Below, piece by piece: positions 1 through 11,369 of a stretch of DNA of 64,000 nucleotides. The position numbers and the translations under genes are program-made. Source of the stretch: Tubiluchus corallicola (Eukaryota; Animalia; Priapulida); assembly GCA_030141605.1 (NCBI GenBank), contig JAQGDQ010000431.1:62001-126000 (forward strand), in the 5' to 3' direction. Position 1 is the first letter of the stretch; each line of letters starts with the position of its first letter. Below the pieces are notes generated by a model. That model made no database searches and had not been told where the DNA came from. It was given only the letters and a program-made list of their open reading frames with translations.

Positions 1-178
1 AATGGATTATGTACAGAAAAAGTCACTATCCTTGTTTATTATTTCTACATATTCACTATATCAATAATAACATATTCATATTACCAGCAGGGAATTGTCA
101 TTATGGATACAAGAAGTTTGTTATTACTACCTGGTAATTGGCAAATGATAATGTGCAAAGAATTAATACATGTGCTAC

Positions 179-330
179 TTAAAGGAAAGGCCAAGCCTTC
201 TGGGAAGTCAGGCTTATTTCAACGTTCGCGAAAAATGTTAGAAGGATTTAGTAATAAAATTGCAATAAGCGCCTCGTGTAACTAGTACAATCACTTTAAA
301 GTCGTGATCACTTCATGCTTGGGCGCTCCC
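179..330. mobile_element. 5' fragment of Kolobok-like MITE family A
   Basis: Begins TTAA-AGGAAAGGCCAAGCCTTC and is near-identical to the start of the copy at 22684. A TTAA target with AGG/CCT ends is typical of Kolobok. Confidence 0.55.
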
Positions 331-458
331 ACTACCTAGGGCCTAATCCCTGATCTTATACACTTTCCAATCCCAGGAGTTGTGCACTGAAATCTGCAAA
401 ACCTTTTGGAAAGCTGGGATAGAATAACATGGATCCCTCATATAAAAAAAACTTACTA

Positions 459-904
459 CAGTCGATCCTCGTTAAACTGGACCCCATTAGCCCGGATATC
501 GGATAAGACGGATTCCATCCGTGGTAAAGGAAACTGACCGATTTCTGACTGAGAGCGCTAAACACAACACGGCCTACCAACTCACCACGAGCCATTGACG
601 GGGCGAAGCAGCTCGCGGTGCCGCCCAGGCTGCTACGATTCCCGCCAAAATTCAGTTTGCTTACCCCATTGAATACGTATACTGTACTATTTTATTATCT
701 AAACTGTACAATAATTTCTTTATCCTCATGGGTTAACTGTTTTAAAGTAATATACAGTATAGTATATTGTGCAATGTATATAGGCCTTATTAAAGTGATT
801 ATTCCTGTATAATATAGACCATATATAGGCATATCGGATAAATCGGACAATCGGCTAAACCGGACCCCCCCTCCCAATTAGTCTGGTTTAACGAGGGTTG
901 ACTG
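459..904. mobile_element. Tc1/mariner (pogo/Tigger-like) MITE
   Basis: TIRs CAGTCGATCCTCGTTAAAC ... GTTTAACGAGGGTTGACTG, flanked by TA on both sides (457-458, 905-906). Confidence 0.8.
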
Positions 905-1824
905 TATTTATAACATTACATTATACTCCTAATATTTAACTATATCAAGCCTAATTTGCATGCAATATAATTATAACATATAGGTAAAAACAATTTCGAA
1001 TTTTTATGTTCTCTTTCCGATGAGCTTTTGATTCATATTCCTGTATCATGAATTAAGGTTGCTCCTGAAATATTACAATGAAAATGAATCAAAGTATTGA
1101 TGCTAATAGGTCTAATCTTGCAGACTGGTTAAGGGAAAACCAGATGACTGATTAGACTCAATCTCATTTTAATTTACTGTCCAAAATATATTTTTTCTTG
1201 CCTGTAAAAGTTAGCAATTTTTTCTAATATTTGAATAATTACCTTGGAAAGTTAATTAATGGCAACCAAATACAGCTATCACTTACATCACGACGAACTA
1301 ACCACAGTTTGTGCAATCGTACGGACCTTCCCTGCGTGTCAAGAACATTTGCGTAAGCTAAGATTTCTATAAGATCCCAATATGACGTCACGAAAATGAG
1401 CTCTATGTCGCACTGTCGTCACAGATGGACACGGCAGTTCACGATCATACTTATCACGGTACAGCGACTATTTTTTGGTCACACTAATGTTAAAAAATGG
1501 TGCCATTGCCGGTCTTAGTGGATTCGCTGAGCAGCGCGTAGCTTTGAAAGTTTAACAAAATTTAACTACCCGAGGTAGTTATTATTTCACCTAAGCTTTG
1601 ACTTAAAAAAACGCTGTTGTAGTTTTCAATGTTTTAGAGCATACTTTATCTTGAGCTGATGTCTACACAATCATCCAGTTTTCCTTTAAAACTGAGTACA
1701 GTCAGGACAGTATAAGTTGGTCTAGAGAGAGTTTAATTCCCACTGCCTTTTAAATGAAAAGGCTAGGAACCAAATACAGACTACAGCGTGAAAATGGCAG
1801 AAATGTAATTGAAGCCTGTTGGTA

Positions 1825-4800
1825 TCACATCCAGTATTCCATGACTTTGCGAATTTGCTCGCGCTGTGCTGGCTCCATCTGTCCCAAGGAAAACTCAAAC
1901 TCGTCGCTGCAGCACTCTTTAAGCTTGCCTAGAAACTCAGAAAACAGCTGCATAAGAGTGGCTTCATCATCAGAGTCACTCCACGAATCCCAATCTGAAT
2001 CCATACCAGCTTCATCATGTGACGAAGGAGACTTTATATGCGGAGACAACGAGTTACTGTTGGAGCTTAAATTTAACACAAGGGAATCCACGCCCACATC
2101 TTTAGCATCACCTTCATCTTCTTCATCACTAGATGATTGGAGGACAGAATTTTGAACCTGGAGCACAGGTATGTCATTAGACAGCATGCCCAGGTCACTA
2201 TTCTCACGGCTGCCTGACACAGAGCAAGAACTGGCCAACCGCACGCACACAGCCTGCAGAATCGGCTTCAAATGTTTTGCTGCTGTTGTGTGTAATGACA
2301 GCATGGCATATGTGTCCAATATCTCACGTAACAACGTGTGGTCAATAGACTTCTGTTGGACAAGAAAGGCCATTTCTCTCAACGACATGTTACAGTTCTG
2401 TTTTATGACTTCCACACTCTGATTAGACGTGCTTATTACCGGTCCCACCATGCTGACGATGGTTAAAATGCTGTTGAACAGTGCTCGGCATTCTAGTTGT
2501 TCTGTACAGTAAACACTGATCAAATGCGTCAAAACGGGAAGTATAGTTACGCAGTTGTGAAGGGTACAGGACTTGAGAAAGCTGGACAAATACTGATGTA
2601 TACTAGAGAGCAAATTTTGTTCAGCCTGCAGAGCGACCTGATCACCAGACATGCCAGACTTGTGTGTTAAGCTCAGAAATCCTTCACTAGGCGAGCTAAA
2701 ACTTTCGTCTAGCGATGATAGCGATTGTGCTAAGCTTGTTTCTTGGTGCGCATGAATGAAGACATGTTCTAAAAAACTAAACAGCGCCTCTTCTTGTTCG
2801 TTCTTCTTAACGTTGCTAAGACTTCTCGCAAAGTAGCAGTGCACCAGCACAAGAGCTTCCGCGGCAACCAATGAAAGTTTATCACATTCGTTACGACATA
2901 AAATAAGATGTAAATTGTCGCACCAAAGAGAAAGAGCGCTGGTCAATTTTTCAATAAAGGCATGGCCCGATTCTTTGAACATTATAAAATCTTGAAATGA
3001 TTGACTAGATTCGTTTTCTATCAGTGGCAGTAGCTTTGCCGCATGTGCAAGACAATGCTTTAGAGAAAGACATGCTCCATAACACAAAAGTTTTGGTGAT
3101 TTCGTCAAATGTATGTTCCACAGCTCGATCAATACTGATATGTCATACAGCCTAATAACTTCGACTACGGTTGGTAGCAGTTGATGTCCCATGCGGCGCA
3201 GTTCCCAGCGACCGTCGCCCAGGCACTCTATCGTCTGATGGAGAATCTGCTTGAGCATGTAATTCATGTCTTGCAAGTCAAAGTCGGTCATCCATATAGG
3301 GACAGGCAACGGTTGCGTTTCGCAGACTTTGAAGAGGGAAATGTAATCAGCGGCACATTCGATGCTCGCATTTAGTTGCAGTTTCCGCGTGCGCTCTAAA
3401 AGTGAGGTCGCACGATGCGCTGCGATGTTCTGCCGCTTGCTGTCGTCTTCGTCCACCTCCTTTATTACCGACCGATGTCGACCGATAGATTTCAGGGATC
3501 GATTACGAATCAAGTTTGAGTTAGAAGAGTTAAAAAAATCTACACTGGATGCTCGGCTTCTGAACGTGTTTTTTGGTCCGGCAGCTGCGTTGCTGCTAAA
3601 GCTGAGTCTTCCCGTCATCATGGTTGATCTGGGCAAATTGCTTTGTTTGAGATAACTGCTAGTACTTACAGAATTGCTACCAACTATTCTTTTTGTAAAT
3701 GAGTTACCAGGTGAGACATCGCTTGAAGCAACTTCATCAATAGTACTGCATGTGCTGTCCGAACTTGCTAACCTGGGCGTCATACCAGCATAACCAAACG
3801 TGTACAGCCAATGATTCTTAACTAGGTATTTAAGTATAAGCTCATAGGCTAACAACCTACCTTCCCGCCACTCCCAGGTATCCGAGAGATTCAAATTTGT
3901 ACACGACTTACGTTTTAAGCGCGACACGCAGATGCGCCGTACACACGGGTTCTGCGATGTCGAATCGAGGCAGTCCTGACTAGGTTCCCAGTCCGAAATT
4001 AAGCCCTGTAAAACCATTTCCAGAGTAACGGGATTGTTACAGTCCTTAGCAACGAGAAATTTAAACACATTGCTCGCGGCTTGCCTAACAGTAGACGCAG
4101 GATGTGTGAGGTATAGGGCAAATGTGGAGAAATAAAACGGCCAGTTCGGTAATAGAAAAACTGACGGGATATGTTTTATCAGAAATACGCAAACGCCAAA
4201 CAATCCTTCGGCCGCGTAAGCATCCATAAATTCAAAATCAGGACCATAAACGCCCAAATGCGGCCTGTCTTCAATTACTACATCATCCTCCAGCATGTTT
4301 ACGTCGATTTTGGAGTGACGCGTAAGATGCCAGATGATTTCCTTGAAGGATTTAAAGGCCTCCGAAAACTGACTTCGAGAGAGAAATGACGAAAACACTT
4401 TTGTTGCACTTTCTCTTATGCTAAGCTGAGGATGGGATAACATTGGGTAAATGATAGTGCGCATGTTTGCCTGAATGAACGACGGTAAAGAATGAGATTC
4501 TTCTTCTATCGTATCAACCTCGGTGTTTGTGTAATCAAACTCTACCCATCGGAATCTCCTTACTACGACATTAATACCCATCAGGCTTCCCTCTATCGAC
4601 TGCCACGACGACGCCTCGTTCTGACAAACGGAAACTAAATCGTTAAATATCGCTTCTAACTGAGTTAAACTAAATCTTGTAATAATTGCTGGCAAGCGAC
4701 TAGAACACGCTATCCGTATAGCTGACCACACGTCTGTTAGCCCTAGCAACAGTATATCTTTAACTAGGTTAAAATATTCACTAGAAATTTCAGGAGCGGA

Positions 4801-5286
4801 TTTCAGTTTAAACCACTCCATGCAATGTACGATTGTCTGATTTCTCACAACAGGTTTCTTGACAGCTGCTACAACGGCAGCCTTTAGAGATTCTAATAAA
4901 GGGATGGACATTGTCTGACACATGTACCATCGAATAACATCAGACAAATGTTCAATTAGGGTACCCTTAAACTTTGTCGCCTGTTTCTTTGGTAAGTTAA
5001 CGGCCTCTGACCATCCGTAGCGCCTGTCAAAAACGTAACAGGTGAACACGGGAAGTTCATCGGGATTAATGAACTCGATTAAATTTGTATGAGGAAACGG
5101 ATTATTAGCCGACGCTGAAGCAATAGCGAGCCATTCCCTTTCAGTGCTGTCTTCACTGTCGTTATTAACCTTGTTTGCTGACAAGTCTGGTGCAACTTGG
5201 TCCCTAAGTTGTTGGAGCAAGATGACCTCACGTTCAACGTCAGCAGCTGAAATCAAATCCGTAATGCTTCTTTCAGCTATGACCAT
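1825..5286 (-). CDS. Uncharacterised 1153-aa HEAT/ARM-repeat (alpha-solenoid) protein, single coding exon
   Basis: Uninterrupted 3462-nt ORF in a GC-richer island. HEAT-like signatures include LGLTDVWSAIRIAC, MLSHPQLSIRESATKVF, LTHPASTVRQAASNVF and CLGDGRWELRRMG. It also has a Ser-rich central linker and an acidic C-terminus (DSDWDSWSDSDDE). An acceptor TTTTCAG precedes the exon at 5378. Confidence 0.85.
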   Translation of the reverse strand: MVIAERSITDLISAADVEREVILLQQLRDQVAPDLSANKVNNDSEDSTEREWLAIASASANNPFPHTNLIEFINPDELPVFTCYVFDRRYGWSEAVNLPKKQATKFKGTLIEHLSDVIRWYMCQTMSIPLLESLKAAVVAAVKKPVVRNQTIVHCMEWFKLKSAPEISSEYFNLVKDILLLGLTDVWSAIRIACSSRLPAIITRFSLTQLEAIFNDLVSVCQNEASSWQSIEGSLMGINVVVRRFRWVEFDYTNTEVDTIEEESHSLPSFIQANMRTIIYPMLSHPQLSIRESATKVFSSFLSRSQFSEAFKSFKEIIWHLTRHSKIDVNMLEDDVVIEDRPHLGVYGPDFEFMDAYAAEGLFGVCVFLIKHIPSVFLLPNWPFYFSTFALYLTHPASTVRQAASNVFKFLVAKDCNNPVTLEMVLQGLISDWEPSQDCLDSTSQNPCVRRICVSRLKRKSCTNLNLSDTWEWREGRLLAYELILKYLVKNHWLYTFGYAGMTPRLASSDSTCSTIDEVASSDVSPGNSFTKRIVGSNSVSTSSYLKQSNLPRSTMMTGRLSFSSNAAAGPKNTFRSRASSVDFFNSSNSNLIRNRSLKSIGRHRSVIKEVDEDDSKRQNIAAHRATSLLERTRKLQLNASIECAADYISLFKVCETQPLPVPIWMTDFDLQDMNYMLKQILHQTIECLGDGRWELRRMGHQLLPTVVEVIRLYDISVLIELWNIHLTKSPKLLCYGACLSLKHCLAHAAKLLPLIENESSQSFQDFIMFKESGHAFIEKLTSALSLWCDNLHLILCRNECDKLSLVAAEALVLVHCYFARSLSNVKKNEQEEALFSFLEHVFIHAHQETSLAQSLSSLDESFSSPSEGFLSLTHKSGMSGDQVALQAEQNLLSSIHQYLSSFLKSCTLHNCVTILPVLTHLISVYCTEQLECRALFNSILTIVSMVGPVISTSNQSVEVIKQNCNMSLREMAFLVQQKSIDHTLLREILDTYAMLSLHTTAAKHLKPILQAVCVRLASSCSVSGSRENSDLGMLSNDIPVLQVQNSVLQSSSDEEDEGDAKDVGVDSLVLNLSSNSNSLSPHIKSPSSHDEAGMDSDWDSWSDSDDEATLMQLFSEFLGKLKECCSDEFEFSLGQMEPAQREQIRKVMEYWM

Positions 5287-5589
5287 CGTTCGTCTTTTGC
5301 CAGAATTGCCTTAAAGAAAAATTAGATGCAACTTAGAAAAGCGAACTTCTTACAGTGACACTGGGATCCATTCCATACCTGAAAACAGATAAAGAAAACA
5401 AAATGATCTAAAATCAACATTTTGTACTAATTTAGCATGCTTTGGGTCACTTTGAACTAATATTTGGTATTGGGATACATTTTTCAAGTACTGGCTCTTA
5501 GCATAGTTTTTTCAGTACATCACAAAAACAGTTAACTAGTGTTTACACAGGCAGCAAAAATCTGACTCATTACCTTTATCCTTATACCT

Positions 5590-7235
5590 GTCAAATACCT
5601 GCATACTCACCGGATTGTTAAGATTAAGCGGCAGAGAAGAAACTGTAATCATTTATATTCACAAATAAAAACAACCACTGGTACATTTTAACGAACTGCA
5701 CTGTTATGTTAACAACAAGCATTCTGTTATTACACCCTGAAAGCTTGAACACTCGAGCTGTAAGTCGTGAAAGTTGTTTTCCCCACACATTTGACTGAGA
5801 TTTTATCTGCCAGACTTTTTAATTGCTTAATTGCATGCTTCGTCAATGAGTCAACTACATCAGCCTAGGTAGTACCACACAGAGCACTATTAATACAGCG
5901 CAAGGATTACGGGAATTAAATATCTAGATTATCTTTTTGGTGTTCCGTTAAACTTAACAACCCATTTATTCGTACCTTTGTTAGTTTCGAATATGGATCA
6001 AATCCCAATCTTAGTTTAAAATAATTTTCAAAAACAAATCTAATTTTTGAATCTCGATATTTCAGCTATTTCTTCAAATCTCCACAGTTTTTAATCAAAT
6101 TATGGCAGATTGATAAAGCAGGAGCGATTTTCACGAAAGAAATTACAGATGACCTGTCTGGGCAGTGTAGGACACATAGGAGAAAATTTCGGACAAAATT
6201 GTCTGAAAGGAAGCACCTAATTAAGTAATTTTGCCAAAAAAATTTAAAAGTAAAAGGGTGTACAATTCTTTAAAGGAAAGGTCAAGCCTTCTAGGAGGTT
6301 GAGCGCTCCCCTTTTCAATGTCCATACTTCTTCCAATGACGTCACTCGTCCTGAAGAAAGGTAGCGCACTGTCAATCTTTATCCAAAATATAATAAGTTT
6401 TTACAAAAAATTAGATAGCTAATTTCGTGATATTTTTATAATATGTTTATGTATATAATATATTCTAATACATTAGGTAAGTTGTAAAAACTTGAATTAG
6501 TTTAAACATGGCGCGCTTACAGAAAGCCACAGTGCGCTTATGAAGTCACGAAGTCTCCCAGTTACCTCATGATTTTCAAGTGAATGGCGGCAACCACCGC
6601 TCCTGAAAATTTCCACTCAGAGGTAGTATATTTTTAGATTTGTGCTTTATAGGCAGTTCTCTGCAAATTTCTTTGTTATGTTTTTCTAAGTTTAAGTGAT
6701 AACAGTAAAATAAACCCAACATACTGAGTGACTTATTGTTCACTTATAGGTAAGAGGATTGGATTTTTGCCACAGGGGTGACTTACAAAAAACAAACTAT
6801 GACTTCTTTACCAAGAGGTTAATTATACTATGAAATTGTTTATTAACCTTTAAAAACCTATTTCAGGCCACTAACAAAGATACAAATAAACTGACTGTTA
6901 AGTTTAACAGCAAACAAAAAGGATAATATAGATTATTTTATTCCTGTAATCCCAATGTTGTATTAATAGTGCTCAGTGTTGTGCTACCTATACTGACGTA
7001 GCTAACTCATTGACGAAGCATGTAATTAAGTAATTAAGAAGTCTGGCAGATAAAAACTCAGTCAAATGCGTTGTGGGGAAACACTAACTTTCAGAACTTA
7101 CAGCTCTGGTGTTCAGGTTTGCAGGGTGCAATAAATGAATGCTTATAGTTAATATAACAGTGTTTTATTTGTGAATATCAATGATTACAGTTTCTTCGCT
7201 GTAGCTAAATCTTAACAATCGGGTACCCGACGGGC
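5590..7235. repeat. Inverted pair of ~250-280-bp repeats (5590-5870 and 6990-7235)
   Basis: GATTGTTAAGATT...CATGCTTCGTCAATGAGTCAACTACATCAG is mirrored by CTGACGTAGCTAACTCATTGACGAAGCATG...AATCTTAACAATC. Confidence 0.75.
6269..6745. mobile_element. Kolobok-like MITE family A, internally deleted copy
   Basis: Starts TTAAAGGAAAGGTCAAGCCTTCTAGGAG and ends AAACCCAACATACTGAGTGACTT, both shared with 22684-23194. Confidence 0.6.
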
Positions 7236-8669
7236 ATAAGGAAAAGGGTACCCACGCCTGATTTTTGCTACCCTGCAAACAGTAGTTTTAAATTTTGAAG
7301 ATTCAAGATTTATTTACTTAGCTAACACATAAACATTCAAGCAATTACAGATTTATGCATAACAGTAACAATTAAATGTAACTTAATTACAATAACACAT
7401 GCATTAAAGCTGTGTGGCTAAAGAACCTGAAAATGGTGATGGAGTCACACAAGTTAAAAGCCACCTCTAGAAATGGAAAAGAGAAAGAGAGGAATGGATG
7501 ACAAAGAGGAAAGGGAAGAGAGAGCGAACCAGAGAAGCTGTTTTGATGTGAAAAACAAAGCTGTGCTGACAACTAAAGTGTGCACATCAAAATCACACCT
7601 AAATTTTCTCACAACTGATCACGAGTTTTAATAAATATTGTAATGAAAATTAATTGTGTAGTGAAAGAAAATAACTCAAGCAATACAAAACATGGTACAC
7701 TGACATATTAATAATACTTATGCATTAACACAAGTAATAATAATGCTACAAAACTGAAGAATTAAAGGCCTCATTTTATGTGTAAAATAATGAATAAAAA
7801 TATGTTTATAAAAAATTAAAATACTAAATTAACAGAGAATTCAGTTAGACTCCAAAATCCATTAAATTAAGAGCTAATCATATATTTTCCATGTTGCATT
7901 TTCAGGGCTAGAATATTCATTAGAGTTAGGCTCATTTTTGTAACTTGTAACTTGTAATTTAGTAATTTTGTAACTCATTTTTGCGTTAAATTTTTGTAAC
8001 AGTTGCATAGTGTTATCACTTATACCATAATTATCAGAACATGCATCCATAGCGTACAAAAATAATTATGATAATTTAGTAATTCAAAACTAAAAAACTA
8101 AAAAACAAAGGGTGAAAAAAGCGCATTGGAAAAATTTAAAACATTGCTGCTAACCAGTGGGAAATAAATAAACTTTGATTTTAACTGATTTTAAATATTC
8201 CATGATTCAGCTTTAACATTCACAAAGCTTTAACTTAAAAATGTTTATTTTGAAAAAAAAATCCTCCCTCCCTACAAAGGCTACTGACAAGTAACATCTT
8301 TTGAAACTTATGAGGTAAGACAGAAACAACTTCTTGTGCCCAGCCTGTGAAGCGACAAAATTATTTTCAAGACTCAAGGTGCTAGCTAATTAACTTTTCC
8401 GATAAATTGCAAAACAGTGTGAATCTAAAACACGAACATATAATTTTTAGTACATTTAAAATCATTCACATACCCTGGCAATTCCGTATATTTCCAACTA
8501 CTGTTTAATTTGTTCTCTTCCATTTTTTTCCAAAATATATAATATAATATACGTATATAAACATTTTAGTCTTTAACTAAAGATTTGAGACTAGCTGACG
8601 TTGTACCTAAAACAAGGTAGGTTAATATTTAAACGTCATTAAAAATAATTTAAATTATGCAGTACTTAC

Positions 8670-8800
8670 AGTTTGCGACAGATTTTGTTTGTTCCGTTAA
8701 AGTAATGATTAAATTCTTAGATTGGAATTTTTGGAAATTATTTTGCTGATTGGAATTTTGTACCAGCCGCAGTTCCGCAACGCAACGAATGATAACAAAC
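8670..8800 (-). other. Putative non-coding first exon of the HEAT gene
   Basis: Consensus donor GTAAGT on the minus strand at 8669-8664 could pair with the acceptor before 5378. A CpG-containing stretch lies at 8760-8840. The 5' end is a guess. Confidence 0.4.
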
Positions 8801-9059
8801 TTAGTGATGGGAACTCGTCACGACTTCGTCGCTTACTCCTGAGCTGGTTAATGGAAATACCCAAGGGAATATGTAGTAACTTGTAATCAAAAAACAGTGT
8901 TGAGACAGAAAAGTTGATAAGACTTAATAACAGAATTCAAGAAGTAATGATAGTGAAAAAGAAAATGGGTTTGGATATAGACATAACACTAAGGAACATG
9001 TTAAAAACATAGAATGATGATTGATTATGTGTTGGGAAGCAAAAGAGATTATAGAGGGC

Positions 9060-9700
9060 ATCCTCTTCTTTTGTCCTAACCATGCATTGTAGACATAGAG
9101 CCTCTATCCTTTACTAGACAACTCCAATGTTTCCTGTCTGCAGCTAAAATTTTCAATTCCTGTGATGCTATTGTTAGGTTTGGTTCCAGATGTTGAAAAT
9201 CATTATTAATTCTTGATATACAAGCGGTTTTTGGTCTCCCGTGAGGTCGTTTAGCAGATTTCAGTGCCTCGTTTAGTGCTAATCTTACTGGTGTTGTTTC
9301 TGGCAATCTCATTAAATGTCCTATCCATCTTAGCTTTATGATTCTGATTTTTGTGCTTCAATGTTCTTCTTTGGTTCTGTTATACAGCTGCATATTTTAA
9401 ATGAATATGGCCATTTTATTTTTTAGATTTTTCTGAGTACGCCTCTGTGAAATACATTTACTTCTGCTTCTTGAGGTGCAATGAAGCCCCACATTTTATT
9501 GCTGTACATGAATATACTAGTTACGTATGCATTAAAGAGTTGCAGCCTTGTTTTGAGGGTTAGTTTCTTGCTGGTTAGAATTGATTTATTTTGGATAAAA
9601 CCACACATTGCCCGTTATTTCCTATTTTTGATATATTCTGTGTTAAGTAGTGATTCTATGTATTTGCAACGTTTCCCAGGACTGATTTGCATCTCGTGAT
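9060..9700 (-). mobile_element. 3' remnant of an RTE-clade non-LTR retrotransposon (LINE)
   Basis: Degenerate translation: LTLKTRLQLFNAYVTSIFMY...KLRWIGHLMRLPETTPVRLAL...KRPHGRPKT...AADRKHW. This matches the typical post-RT C-terminus of RTE elements. Confidence 0.8.
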
Positions 9701-10005
9701 GATGTTAAATTCGTGATATGCTATAATGTTATATTGATGACATAGATAAAATAATATTCTTACGCGATGAGGGACTCCTGCATAGTGCATACTCTTTGAG
9801 TCTTGATTTTCCGACGAAAGACGGCACTGCAGTCTATAGATTGCTTAATTTGCTGTTGTCTTTAAATGTTCACGTCGCATAATTCCTAAGCAAGAGCGGT
9901 AACAGAAAGAGCAAACAGGTGTTACTCTGTGTAGCTAAGTCGCTGTAGTGCCCATCTGTTTCGTTTAACTTCAGGAATGGCTACTTAGGATTATGATGAT
10001 ACAAC

Positions 10006-10129
10006 ATGGCTACTTCTGTTGATCGTGATTCTGGCGAAATGTCAGATATGGATACAAATGATTCCAGAAAAAGGCCTTTAGATGGAGATATTGAAACTGG
10101 TGTTTCAAAAAGGTCACATCACGGTTCAG
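10006..10129 (+). CDS. NOVA: Nova/pasilla coding exon 1 (N-terminus with NLS)
   Basis: Translates MATSVDRDSGEMSDMDTNDSRKRPLDGDIETGVSKRSHHGS-G. DSRKRPL...KR is the conserved Nova bipartite NLS. Donor CAG|GTAATT, phase 1, matches exon 2. Absent from the ORF track because it is under 60 aa. Confidence 0.9.
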
Positions 10130-10862
10130 GTAATTTTCTTAGTTATTATATTAATAGTTAACATATAGTTGTTATAGTCGTGTGATATGAGAAAGGAGAT
10201 TCCGCAAAACTTTCAGCTGAAAGATTTAATAATGGGGTAATTATTCGCAAATTCTATTTCTGTTTTACTATACAATTTAATTTTATGCTTTAGTCAGTTA
10301 TTTCTGAGCAGCTTTAAGTATTTATGCGTTTGCCTACTTGAAAAATTTTGAGAAAATGTGTGGTACCAAAATACGCTTCTTAGGTGTATGGGTGTTTGAT
10401 TTAACATTCATGTCCTAATTGAATGGGGCCCCTAACAGTTTGCAGTGAGACCAACCTGTCATTTTCTAACCCATTTTCTAGGAAATAAGTCACTAGACCT
10501 GTGTAAGTCGTTGGCCAACCCTGAAATTTATAGGAAACCATAATTATGATAATGGATACTAACACTTATGTGCCAGGTCCCATATACAAGCACCCTGACA
10601 AGCACATTCACAAGTGCTGAAGCCAAGGGCCTTTAGGTCCTCCAAAAATTCAGAAATTGGTGAAAAATTTGTCGTTGATAGCTTTTTGACAGAAACAGTT
10701 TATATAAGCAACAAAATCTAATATAATACTATTTATTTTCACAATAAGCAAAATAGCGTTACAAAATTTATCACAAGAAATACTTAGGTTCTGCACAACA
10801 ATGCGTAGAATATTAGTAAATAATATTTCGTTTGGCTGCCGTAATTAAAAGGACCTTATGCA

Positions 10863-11369
10863 CAGTGGCGGCTAGTAACTAAAATTACTGGGGGGGGGGG
10901 CTGCTTCAGAAAATTTTTAGCCATTCTTTTAATGCTGTGTAAAACTAAACAAACACATGAAATTTTAGTAGAATAATTTGCAAATAATTTTAAACAAACA
11001 AACATACGAAAATTTTCGACATAAACTTGATAAAATCCTAGACAAAAAATATTGTTTGCTTATGTGTAACCTAAACTGTCGCAGTTCAAAAATATGCCAG
11101 TACAGCATGTGACAGGAGTCTTTCTGCCTGAAGTGCAGCGCTTTATCTCAGACACGTGCCGCATGCTGCCAAACACCATGTTGCTGGAACTGAGCGCACT
11201 GTGCTGGGCTGTGAAGCAAACAGTACTACCCTCATTTGTTCTGGTTCCGTACAAGATTAAAGTAAGAACTAAGGAAAAAAGACTTTTTTTATATTTAATA
11301 TTATCCGTAATACTGAGTGAAAATAGGGGGTGTTGCAGTTCCACAGTACCTATACACGAGCCGCCACTG
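10863..11369. mobile_element. hAT-like MITE (CAGTGGCGGC termini)
   Basis: TIR CAGTGGCGGCT ... AGCCGCCACTG. A second copy lies at 46542-47064. Confidence 0.7.

Noticed and set aside
1754-4389. Plus-strand ORFs overlapping the HEAT gene
   Set aside because: Antisense shadows of a long GC-richer CDS with no recognisable motifs.
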